Program-made: the position numbers and the translations under genes
Origin: a bacterium
Lineage (GTDB): Bacteria > Babelota > Babeliae > Babelales > JABGSX01
Reading direction: 5' to 3'
DNA: 62,226 nucleotides
Assembly: GCA_018647505.1 (NCBI GenBank)
Contig: JABGSX010000041.1
Coordinates: 1-62,226, forward strand
Notes under the pieces: generated by a model
The model's database searches: none
What the model was told of the DNA's origin: nothing
What the model saw: only the letters and a program-made list of their open reading frames with translations
Part shown: positions 29,349-37,583 of the stretch, piece by piece
Numbering within the stretch: the stretch's first letter is position 1
Layout of the letters: every line of letters starts with the position of its first letter

Positions 29349-29924
29349 ATGAAGGCCAAGAAATATACAAAAGAGACAATTAGAGAAATAGGACAAACGG
29401 AGCTGGAATTTCCAAAATTTAAAATTGGAGACACAGTTTCTGTTTCTTTACGAATTAAAGAGGGTGCCAAAGAGCGTTTGCAAGCATTTGTAGGTGATGT
29501 AATTGCGATTAAGAACAACGGGGCTTCTAGTACTTTTATAGTTCGCAAGATTGCTGCAAATAGTATAGCTGTTGAAAAAATTATCCCATTTTATTCGCCT
29601 TGTCTTGAGTCTGTGAAGGTTGTTCGCAGAGGTCGTGTTAGAAGAGCGAAGCTTTATTATCTAAGAGACCGCATTGGTAAGGCCGCCAAGGTTAAAGAGC
29701 TTGTGTTGACAAAAGAAGAGCAAGCAATCGAAAGAGCTAAGGCGGAGGCAGCCAAGAAGAAAGAGGCCGACAAGAGAGCAAAAGAAGCAAAAAGTTTAGA
29801 GGTAAAGACGGAAACTCCTAAAAAAGTGGCCGCGGAAAAACCTAAATCTGGTGGTGGTTCTAAAGATAAAGAAAAATCATCAAAAGTAGTAGAAAAAGCT
29901 GCGGAAGAAAAAAAGTCAGAATAA
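29349..29924 (+). CDS. rplS: 50S ribosomal protein L19 with Lys/Glu/Ala-rich C-terminal extension
   Basis: The L19 core is [35 protein letters not shown] … [23 protein letters not shown] 29349 is chosen because the upstream 31 codons of the track ORF are not L19-like. Confidence 0.9.
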   Translation: MKAKKYTKETIREIGQTELEFPKFKIGDTVSVSLRIKEGAKERLQAFVGDVIAIKNNGASSTFIVRKIAANSIAVEKIIPFYSPCLESVKVVRRGRVRRAKLYYLRDRIGKAAKVKELVLTKEEQAIERAKAEAAKKKEADKRAKEAKSLEVKTETPKKVAAEKPKSGGGSKDKEKSSKVVEKAAEEKKSE

Positions 29925-29934
29925 AAAAATCTTT

Positions 29935-30369
29935 ATGAAAAATTTCACAAAGAATAGAAAAAAAGTATCAGAAATTCTGGTACTTTTTTTCTGTCTATTT
30001 TTTGTACAATCGTGCAAAAGAGAACAAAACAAGGTACACCATTTACTGCGAGCTAAAGAGCAAGAGGCCCGTCTTTTTGATGTTCCAGTACCTGTTAGTG
30101 CAAGGTTAATTGTTTCAGAACAACCTGGCCGTAAAGGTGAGTCTGGGCAGATGCTCAGATATAAAATTGATTCGACCACCGATGAGCTTTTAACGTTTTA
30201 TGGTAAACAAATGGAGCGTTCTGGATGGAAAAAGTTATGTGAGGCCGTAGCACAAGAAAGTGTCTTCATTTTTGAAAAGCCAAATAAAGTATGTTCTGTC
30301 TCTATCCGCCCATCTGAAACAGCCAGAAAGTCAGTTTTTGTAATTAGTGTCTCGAATAAACAAGAGTAA
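29935..30369 (+). CDS. hypothetical protein, possible lipoprotein
   Basis: 144 aa. The N-terminal hydrophobic segment ends in VQSC, a non-canonical lipobox. Confidence 0.45.
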   Translation: MKNFTKNRKKVSEILVLFFCLFFVQSCKREQNKVHHLLRAKEQEARLFDVPVPVSARLIVSEQPGRKGESGQMLRYKIDSTTDELLTFYGKQMERSGWKKLCEAVAQESVFIFEKPNKVCSVSIRPSETARKSVFVISVSNKQE

Positions 30370-30371
30370 AT

Positions 30372-31775
30372 TTATCTGTTTTTCATATGCTCCTTGAGAG
30401 CAATCTTTACCTCTTGAATAACAGGTTTCCACACAAAAGTTTTTTCTTGTCTGAATAATTTCATTTGTGGGTACCAAGGAGTGTCTTTTCGCTCAAGCAT
30501 CCAGCGCCACTCGGTTTCGAATGGCAAAATTGTCCAAACGTCCAATCCAAGAGCTCCTGCAAGATGAGCAATTGAGGTATCTATTGTTATTATGAGGTTA
30601 AGATTTTTCATAACGGCAGCTGTGTCCATGAATGCACCGTTTTTTTTGTCAAAATCTTTGCCTAGACGATTAACTATAAAATTTGGGTTTCCTGTATCTA
30701 CGGTTTTACTGTCGTCTTTGTTCATATGAAGACTGTAAAAGCTAATTCCTGGTATTTCTGAAAGAGCCGCAAAGCTTTCGATTGGGATGCTCCTTAAATC
30801 GGCTGCAGCGCTTCCATTCCAACAAAGTCCTATCTTAAAGTTTTTGTCCGATTCAAATTTTGTTTGCCATTTTTTTACTAATTTTTCATCGGCAAATAAA
30901 TATGGTATATCAGCTGGAATTGTATCTACAGTTAATTCAAAAGATAAAATTCCATCAACAAGACCAAGTTTGTAGTCTGCGTCAGATAAGTCGGCAGGAT
31001 GTTCACGAATTTCATCTATAAACGGACAGTTGGATATAAGTTTTTTTAAGCAACCGTGACCCTTAGAATATATAATTATGTAGGCGCCTTTATCCTTTGC
31101 CAATTTTGCATAACGAATAAAGTGCATGGTGTCTCCAAATCCCCCAGTAGCATAAAATGCAACTTTTTTGCCATTGAGATTTTCTTTCGTTAGCAATGGT
31201 GCGTTATTGCCAGCTTTTTTTTGCCATACCACAGCTTCTGGGTAATTTCCAAGAGTAAGATACGCAATGGAAAGGTTTATTTTGGTGCCCTTTAGCCCTG
31301 GGTATGCAAGGTCCATATATTTGTTAATAGCTATACTTTTTGCAAAGTCGTGCTGACGTAATGCAGTCATGCCAACCTTGTGCCAAGCTTTACGAGAGTG
31401 TGAATTTATTATAAATGCTTGTTCATAAAATCTTTGAGCTTTTTCAATTTGATTTTGATGTTCCAGTGCCTCTGCGTATAACATTAATGCTTTAAAGCTT
31501 TTAGGTTGTAACTCTGTTGCTTTTTTTGCGATCTTTTCGGCCTTTTGGTATTCCTTTTTTTCTGTAAGTACGCTTGCCAACAAGAGCTTTGCGTCAATAT
31601 TTTTTTGGTCGTAGCTTTCGGCAAGAGTGTAATAATCTATTGCTTTGTTGTTGTCGCCTTTGTCCTCAAAGTGTTTTCCATTAGCTAAAAGTTGGTATAC
31701 AAAATTGGGGTTTTCTTTGGTAACGATGGTTGAAATTAATAAAGATGTGATGATGGTTAGAATGATTCTTTTCAT
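30372..31775 (-). CDS. TPR-repeat protein with C-terminal glycosyltransferase family 9 (heptosyltransferase-like) domain
   Basis: 467 aa. It has a signal or anchor, then TPR-like repeats (AIDYYTLAESYDQKN…, AQRFYEQAFIINS…), then GT9-like blocks (GGFGDTMHFIRYA, CWNGS, IDTSIAHLAGALG). Confidence 0.72.
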   Translation of the reverse strand: MKRIILTIITSLLISTIVTKENPNFVYQLLANGKHFEDKGDNNKAIDYYTLAESYDQKNIDAKLLLASVLTEKKEYQKAEKIAKKATELQPKSFKALMLYAEALEHQNQIEKAQRFYEQAFIINSHSRKAWHKVGMTALRQHDFAKSIAINKYMDLAYPGLKGTKINLSIAYLTLGNYPEAVVWQKKAGNNAPLLTKENLNGKKVAFYATGGFGDTMHFIRYAKLAKDKGAYIIIYSKGHGCLKKLISNCPFIDEIREHPADLSDADYKLGLVDGILSFELTVDTIPADIPYLFADEKLVKKWQTKFESDKNFKIGLCWNGSAAADLRSIPIESFAALSEIPGISFYSLHMNKDDSKTVDTGNPNFIVNRLGKDFDKKNGAFMDTAAVMKNLNLIITIDTSIAHLAGALGLDVWTILPFETEWRWMLERKDTPWYPQMKLFRQEKTFVWKPVIQEVKIALKEHMKNR

Positions 31776-31860
31776 ATGGCTATTTCCTCTTTTTTGTTGT
31801 AAATACGAAGATGCAATAGCCTATCTTGTAAATAAAAAGAGCGCAACAAATTTTGAGCAT

Positions 31861-31893
31861 AAAAAAAGCCGACTCATTTACGAGTCGGCTTTT
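31861..31893 (-). terminator. rho-independent terminator downstream of the Gly-zipper gene
   Basis: GCCGACTC (31868-31875) pairs with GAGTCGGC (31882-31889). On the minus strand the hairpin is followed by T7 (plus-strand A-run 31861-31867). Confidence 0.6.
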
Positions 31894-31910
31894 CACTTTT
31901 TGAGATAGAA

Positions 31911-32252
31911 CTAATTTTCAAGTTTTCTTATTGCGTCTTCAAGATCTTCTATGGTGTCTTCAAGCTTTTCTATTTTTCTACCAAATTCTCTTTTCACATT
32001 GTTAATTTCATTTGTGAAGTTTTGGTTTAGCTGATTTATTTGTGCGTAAACACCGCTTAGGTCTGATCCTTTGCTTCCTCCGCTACCTCCTCTGGCAATT
32101 GCGCCTCCAAGAAGGCCACCGGTCATTCCTCCAAACATTCCACCCATCATTGCTTCACCACCGCCGCCGTTATTAACAACAACTGTTCTTGCGTGAGATG
32201 GAACAAAAGCTAAAATGGATAAAATAGATAAGGTTAAAAGTATTTTTTTCAT
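31911..32252 (-). CDS. secreted glycine-zipper plus coiled-coil protein
   Basis: ATG 32252 is preceded by GGAGAGAGAA. The signal peptide is MKKILLTLSILSILAFVPSHA. It has a glycine-zipper stretch (GGMFGGMTGGLLGGAIARGG) and a heptad-like acidic C-terminus. Confidence 0.55.
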   Translation of the reverse strand: MKKILLTLSILSILAFVPSHARTVVVNNGGGGEAMMGGMFGGMTGGLLGGAIARGGSGGSKGSDLSGVYAQINQLNQNFTNEINNVKREFGRKIEKLEDTIEDLEDAIRKLEN

Positions 32253-32344
32253 TTCTCTCTCCTTTTTTGGTTCATAAACCACCATAGTTAACTACTTTTA
32301 ACTATAAGGAATTTATGGGTGAAAAATCAATACTTTTGGGTTTT

Positions 32345-33742
32345 TTATGGTGTTTCGTTGTTTAAAATATCGGCCAAATTATTTACTTTCCCGGCCCCTT
32401 GAAGAAGAAGAAGATTTCCATCTTGTAGTTTGTTACTCAAATTTTTTCTAATGCTTGAAAAATCAGATTCGTATGGAACGTATGAAACAGAAAAATTTGG
32501 CTTAAACTTTTCAAATGCACGAACAAAATTTTCACTGGTGATGCCTTCGATTGGGTCTTCACTTGCTGGGTAAATGTCTGTGACTATAAGATGATCTATA
32601 CCGCTGTTTAAAAACATTGATATAAACTCACTCCATAATTTGTTTGTTCGTGTATAACGATGAGGCTGGAAAACAACAACAAGATCTTTAGTTGTACATT
32701 TTTTTGCAACTATAAGTGTTTGTTCTATTTCTTTTGGGTGGTGCCCATAGTCATCAAAGATCTTTGTTCCTTTATAAGTTCCTTTTAGCATGAATCGTCG
32801 CTCGATTCCTTTGAAAGACTTAAGAGCCTTGGCAATTGTTGAAAACGCAATTCCTAGCTCAAGAGACACTGCTGTTGCAGCCAGAGAGTTTAATACATTG
32901 TGTTTACCTGGCATATTCAAATAACAGCTTCCAAGCTCCTTGTCTTTTAATATTACGTCAAAAGTTGAATGGTCTGGCATAAGTTTAATGTTTTGTGCTT
33001 TAAGGTCTGCAAGATTGGACTCAATTCCGTATTTTACAGTTTTTATGTGTGGCATTGGAAGCAAAGATTTTATGTGTGGATCGTCCGCACATAAAATTGC
33101 TTTTCCGTAAAATGGTAAGTTATTTAGAAACTGTTTAAACGTGTCTTTTACATCATCCAAATCTTTGTATGTTTCTAAATGCTCAAGATCGATATTTGTT
33201 ACAACTGCAAGGGTGGCTTGTAGGTTTAAAAGAGATCTGTCACTCTCGTCCGCCTCTGCGACCAAAAAGTCTCCTTTTCCAAGGCGTGCGTTTGATGAAA
33301 TATTTTTAAGATGTCCACCTATTATTACAGTCGGATCTGTTTTGCTTTCAATTAAAATGTGTGATGCCATTGAGGTTGTTGTTGTTTTTCCGTGTGACCC
33401 GGCTATAGCTATGCTAAATTTGGTACGCATAAGCTCTGCAAGCATTAGTGCGCGAGGAATTGTTGGGATACCCCTTGCCTGGGCATTGATAATTTCTGGG
33501 CTTGTTGGCTTTACGGCTGATGAGTATACAACAACATCAATTGATTCATCTTGGCATGCTTTGGTGTTGTGGCCGTGTGCTATTGGAACGCCAAGTTTTT
33601 TTAAATTTTTTATACTTTGTTGTTCAAGATCAAGGTCACACCCAGAAACGGGATAACCTTGGTAGTGCAAAATTGTAGCAATACCACTCATCCCAATTCC
33701 ACCGATTCCAACAAAATGAACGTGTGTTTTTTTTCTGTACAT
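32345..33742 (-). CDS. murC: UDP-N-acetylmuramate--L-alanine ligase
   Basis: 465 aa with HFVGIGGIGMSGIA, the Mur ligase P-loop GSHGKTTTTSM, and DDYGHHP. Confidence 0.95.
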   Translation of the reverse strand: MYRKKTHVHFVGIGGIGMSGIATILHYQGYPVSGCDLDLEQQSIKNLKKLGVPIAHGHNTKACQDESIDVVVYSSAVKPTSPEIINAQARGIPTIPRALMLAELMRTKFSIAIAGSHGKTTTTSMASHILIESKTDPTVIIGGHLKNISSNARLGKGDFLVAEADESDRSLLNLQATLAVVTNIDLEHLETYKDLDDVKDTFKQFLNNLPFYGKAILCADDPHIKSLLPMPHIKTVKYGIESNLADLKAQNIKLMPDHSTFDVILKDKELGSCYLNMPGKHNVLNSLAATAVSLELGIAFSTIAKALKSFKGIERRFMLKGTYKGTKIFDDYGHHPKEIEQTLIVAKKCTTKDLVVVFQPHRYTRTNKLWSEFISMFLNSGIDHLIVTDIYPASEDPIEGITSENFVRAFEKFKPNFSVSYVPYESDFSSIRKNLSNKLQDGNLLLLQGAGKVNNLADILNNETP

Positions 33743-33851
33743 TAAATGCCCTGTAGTTTATGTATTGATAAGAAAAGGATAGAGACACAGGATATCCAAA
33801 AAAATGGAATCTTACAAGAAAATATACCTTGGAGGTGTGAACTTTTACCAA

Positions 33852-34211
33852 TTATAAATGGTCTCTAAGTTTAATTAATTGTTCCTTGAGTGCTGCACAT
33901 TTTGTTACAAGCTCTTGGTATTTTTTTTCGTAGTTTTTTGCAGGAAGTTCTTTTGTAGAAGGAACGAATTCAATATTGTTTACGTCTTTTAGGGCTTTTT
34001 TTGCTCCAGAAATTGTAAAACCTTGTGAGTATAAAAGGTGCTTGATTTTTTTGAATTTGTCTACGTCTTTTTCTTCGTAAAAGCGTTGTTTACCTTCAGA
34101 TCGATATGACTTGATTTTAAATTCTTTTTCCCAGAACCGAATCACGAATCGCTCAACATCTAAGTGCTTGGCTAGCTCACCAATTCTGAACTTGCGACGT
34201 TCCATCCTCAT
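33852..34211 (-). CDS. MerR family transcriptional regulator (short, HTH plus coiled coil)
   Basis: The HTH is FRIGELAKHLDVERFVIRFWEKEF. ATG 34211 is chosen because AAGGAGA lies 9 nt upstream. Confidence 0.85.
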   Translation of the reverse strand: MRMERRKFRIGELAKHLDVERFVIRFWEKEFKIKSYRSEGKQRFYEEKDVDKFKKIKHLLYSQGFTISGAKKALKDVNNIEFVPSTKELPAKNYEKKYQELVTKCAALKEQLIKLRDHL

Positions 34212-34294
34212 AATATAGAATCTCCTTTTTTGAAGGTTCATTATTGCAACAGCCTTTTTATTGTTTATAGCGCAACCAACTTTTTATGTAAAAC

Positions 34295-34320
34295 TATTTC
34301 TAAAATTAATTTTAGAAATA
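34295..34320. promoter_or_regulatory. 26-bp perfect palindrome, candidate operator
   Basis: TATTTCTAAAATTAATTTTAGAAATA equals its own reverse complement (checked base by base). It lies 84 nt upstream of the merR-like start, in the 390-nt divergent region. Confidence 0.35.
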
Positions 34321-34580
34321 TGCTCAACTCGTTTGATATAACAGTAGTTTTGAGATTTATAGTTTAGTAAGAAAAAAGAAAGCCGCATTTTTTACTCTTT
34401 TGAGATGCAATTAGTAGCGTAAACATTAGAAGTTTTGGATAAGCCACAAATGTTATTTGACAAATAGAAATATTCAGGGTAGTGTGTATTTATGCATACC
34501 GTTGTGTTGAGAATTATTTTTGCGACTCTATTAGGGTTGTTTGTACGGCTATTTACAATGTTATGTATAATTGTTTTGTT

Positions 34581-34611
34581 TTCTAAATGGAAGGTTATAA
34601 AAAATGAATAA
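34581..34611 (+). repeat. leader cassette copy 1 (RBS + ATGAATAA)
   Basis: TTCTAAATGGAAGGTTATAAAAAATGAATAA. It is near-identical to 35550-35579 and 37397-37420. Confidence 0.8.
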
Positions 34612-35539
34612 GAAGGTTTTATCGTTATTAATTTTGTTGAGCTTTGGTGGTTTTGCCTTTGGTGCATCAAGTGCACATAATGTTCGATCTAGAGGGGTAT
34701 CTTCTAAAAGTTCTGGAAGGGGCGGTAAAAAAGCTAGCAAGGCTGCAAGAAAAGCAAAAAGGGCAAAAAGAGAAGCAGCCAAAAAACTTGCGATGGAAAA
34801 GGATCGATCTAGAAAAAGATTCACAGGGAAAGTTGATGATATTCTTTGTAGGGCGTATGGTAGAACATATGAGCAAAGGTTCGACTATTTTTGTGGATCA
34901 GTGAAAGTTTGTGGTGAAACATTAAATTTGGACTTATTAAAATATTTTCAAGAAGAAAGAGGTCTTCTAAGAAAAAACTCTGTAGAGTTGGCTCGTGCAT
35001 TTGTAGCTAGGCCTCATATTTTTAGAAAATATCTTACGGAAGGGAATGAAGGTCTTTTTTTACCAGAGATGGAAACAATAAATCTCTATCTAGAAAAAGC
35101 ATATGAGTTGTGTGGGATTAGAAATGACCTCAGATTCCCAGTATTATTGATTCCTGATCGTTTAGATACTAGTGCTCCAGCTTTCTTTAAACTTGGAGCA
35201 GTTGTTATTCCAGATGCATCTATTATCAAATATGAAGAGTCAACAATTTTTTTTCTTCTTGTGCATGAAGTAATTCACTATAAACAGTTTTTAGCTGGTG
35301 TTGCTATTTTGGAACCTAAAAAATATTCAACAAATGATAAAGAAGCGGATCTTGAAGCTTTAAGGTTGTTAAATTGTTGTGAGTGCTCAAGGTTTTTGAT
35401 GGAAGCAAGGGCAGAAGACGAAGAGGCTAGGTTGCCTGGTTTTAGATATCCTACAGCAAGAGAAATAGCTCCTCTTGAAGCGGCTCAAAGAGAAGAAGGT
35501 TGCTTGTGTGAGTACCACAGCAAAAAAGAAGGTAAATAA
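34604..35539 (+). CDS. secreted protein with Lys/Arg-rich region and HExxH motif (putative metallopeptidase-like)
   Basis: 311 aa. The signal peptide is MNKKVLSLLILLSFGGFAFGA. The basic tract is GRGGKKASKAARKAKRAKREAAKK. It also has LLVHEVIHY and Cys pairs near the C-terminus. Confidence 0.6.
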   Translation: MNKKVLSLLILLSFGGFAFGASSAHNVRSRGVSSKSSGRGGKKASKAARKAKRAKREAAKKLAMEKDRSRKRFTGKVDDILCRAYGRTYEQRFDYFCGSVKVCGETLNLDLLKYFQEERGLLRKNSVELARAFVARPHIFRKYLTEGNEGLFLPEMETINLYLEKAYELCGIRNDLRFPVLLIPDRLDTSAPAFFKLGAVVIPDASIIKYEESTIFFLLVHEVIHYKQFLAGVAILEPKKYSTNDKEADLEALRLLNCCECSRFLMEARAEDEEARLPGFRYPTAREIAPLEAAQREEGCLCEYHSKKEGK

Positions 35540-35549
35540 GTATATATTT

Positions 35550-35579
35550 TTCTAAATGGAAGGTTATAAAAATGAATAA
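35550..35579 (+). repeat. leader cassette copy 2
   Basis: TTCTAAATGGAAGGTTATAAAAATGAATAA. Confidence 0.8.
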
Positions 35580-37338
35580 AAAAATCTTATCATTATTATT
35601 TTTATTGAGTTTTTCAGGTGCATTTTTTGGTGCTGAAGAGAAGAAAGAGGAAGAGAGTGCAGAAGGAAAGACAGAAAAGATCTATTGTTATACTCTTACG
35701 GAAGAAGAAATAGAAGGATTGCGAGAAAGGTCTAATAGGCTTTCTGATGAGCTTGTTACTTTTGGAGATGAAGGTACACTTGAAAGATTTTCTGGTGATG
35801 ATTATTCTGAAGTGTTTACTCCTTGTTTTATGAGGGGACTGACTAAAAGAGTTTATTCTGATGCTATTCAAAGAGAGTTTGAAAAGTTAAATTTGCTTAA
35901 AACTATTGATTTAGGTCCAGGCTTTCATGAAACTTTTCATGATTCATACAATAGGAAATTATTTATTTGTAAAAAGGTTTATCGGTCTTCAGATTCTATT
36001 GAAGAATCGAAGTTATTGTTAGATGAGGGTTCTGGTGAATTATATTCTATTGATATCTCTTCCAGAGGTGATATTGACCCATCGTTGCCTATTAATTCTA
36101 GATTAGAGGATTTACCATCTTTAGGAGACGGTGCCTATTCTTTATTATCAAATGATAAAGAAGGAGAAAAAGTTTGTGTTTTTTCTGGTAAACGCAAAAT
36201 GTTTCTAGGAACTTTCGATGAAGGAGCAAATTCGTTTAAGCAATATTTTGAATTATTCGGTAAATGTGTATTTGTTGCTGTTTCGACAGATCGTAGTAAG
36301 ATTGCGTTGGTTAATTCCAATGCTTATTATGATGATAGTGGCAGCTTTGAAGTTGATTATCAATTGTTAATTTTTAATTCTAGAAATCTTAGAGAGCCTA
36401 TTTATGAATCCAGATCAAAATATTTTAAGATTGCTTGGTCAAGAGGTTCGGGTTCTGTTGATAGGCTTTTAATAAATTTAAACGAAGATGGTCATAGAGC
36501 TACAAAAATTATTGAATATCATGGTGAGGAGCGCGAAGAAACAAAGACTGAAGGATTTATATTCTTGAGTTATTGTAACGATTATTGTGTATTAAGCAAT
36601 AGAGATTCAGGGCCTGCCTTTGAGGATAAAGGGACTTTTGTTTATGACCTTAATAACAGAAACAGATTATTTGAATTGGGTGGTCAATCTAAACAATTAA
36701 GAGAATGTTGCTTTTCTAATGATTCTAGATTTGTAGCTTCTATCGAGATGGATCATGAACTTCAAGATTACGATAAAACTGTTAGGAAAGGATCACATAT
36801 TTTGGGGGTAGGTTTTGTTGCTGTTGTAAGAGAGGTGGATAGTGGAGAAATAATTTTTTCATTTCCTGCTCCATACCTTAATTCACATATTTCTTTTTCT
36901 TCTGATAACAAAAAGCTTTATATAACTGGTTATAGAAATTCTGAAGAAAGGATAGGATTAATTCAAGTTTTTGATTTTGCTTCTATTGTTGATAACGGTT
37001 ATGGCTTGTTATTTGAAGAGAGTAATTCTTTTGATTTGTTACAAAAGCTTTTAATTCTAAAGTTATTTGGGGGAACAGAAGATTTATTATTGCCTTCTCA
37101 TCAGGTTGTAAATTTGTTTCCTTTATATGAGAGTTTTTCACCAGGGTTTAAAAAACTTATGAAAATAAGGCGTCTTTATGATTATGGTCGTCGACCAGAA
37201 TATCTTAGGTCAATAGAATCTGCTTTAAGTGGAAATTTTATTAAACTTGGAGTTGTAACAGCAGGAGTGTCTTTAGCTTTTTGGCTGGTTCCAAAATTTG
37301 TATTTCCTTTATTAACAGTAAAAAAAGATAAAAAATAA
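35572..37338 (+). CDS. secreted or tail-anchored protein, beta-propeller-like
   Basis: 588 aa. The signal peptide MNKKILSLLFLLSFSGAFFGA is paralogous to that of the upstream gene. The middle is beta-strand-rich and repeat-like (FSNDSRFVAS, FSSDNKKLYITG). A C-terminal TM segment (LGVVTAGVSLAFWLVPKFVFPLL) is present. Confidence 0.6.
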   Translation: MNKKILSLLFLLSFSGAFFGAEEKKEEESAEGKTEKIYCYTLTEEEIEGLRERSNRLSDELVTFGDEGTLERFSGDDYSEVFTPCFMRGLTKRVYSDAIQREFEKLNLLKTIDLGPGFHETFHDSYNRKLFICKKVYRSSDSIEESKLLLDEGSGELYSIDISSRGDIDPSLPINSRLEDLPSLGDGAYSLLSNDKEGEKVCVFSGKRKMFLGTFDEGANSFKQYFELFGKCVFVAVSTDRSKIALVNSNAYYDDSGSFEVDYQLLIFNSRNLREPIYESRSKYFKIAWSRGSGSVDRLLINLNEDGHRATKIIEYHGEEREETKTEGFIFLSYCNDYCVLSNRDSGPAFEDKGTFVYDLNNRNRLFELGGQSKQLRECCFSNDSRFVASIEMDHELQDYDKTVRKGSHILGVGFVAVVREVDSGEIIFSFPAPYLNSHISFSSDNKKLYITGYRNSEERIGLIQVFDFASIVDNGYGLLFEESNSFDLLQKLLILKLFGGTEDLLLPSHQVVNLFPLYESFSPGFKKLMKIRRLYDYGRRPEYLRSIESALSGNFIKLGVVTAGVSLAFWLVPKFVFPLLTVKKDKK

Positions 37339-37344
37339 GGTTAA

Positions 37345-37395
37345 TTAATAATAAAGATTCTTTACATTGAACTAGTAAAGAATCTTTATTATTAA
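37345..37395 (+). terminator. 21-bp perfect hairpin after the 588-aa gene
   Basis: TTAATAATAAAGATTCTTTAC (37345-37365), a 9-nt loop, then GTAAAGAATCTTTATTATTAA (37375-37395). No T-run follows. Confidence 0.55.
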
Positions 37396-37396
37396 T

Positions 37397-37436
37397 ATGG
37401 AAGGTTATAAAAATGAATAATAATATATTATCTTAA
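37397..37436 (+). repeat. leader cassette copy 3 (orphan; 7-codon remnant ORF MNNNILS-stop)
   Basis: ATGGAAGGTTATAAAAATGAATAA is followed by an in-frame TAA at 37434-37436. Confidence 0.7.
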
Positions 37437-37583
37437 TTTTTTATAATTGACGGTTAGTTTCCTTTAAAAATGGGGCTATTTTTTTGCCAAGATTCGCACA
37501 AATAAACCAATTGTGATAATATTATTCTTTTAATATTTGTGCTGTATGTTCATGTTCTAACTATATAAAAGGGAAACTTTTAC

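Noticed and set aside
33636-33851. A 71-aa minus-strand ORF between merR and murC.
   Set aside because: It overlaps the murC start region out of frame. It has no SD and poor coding texture.
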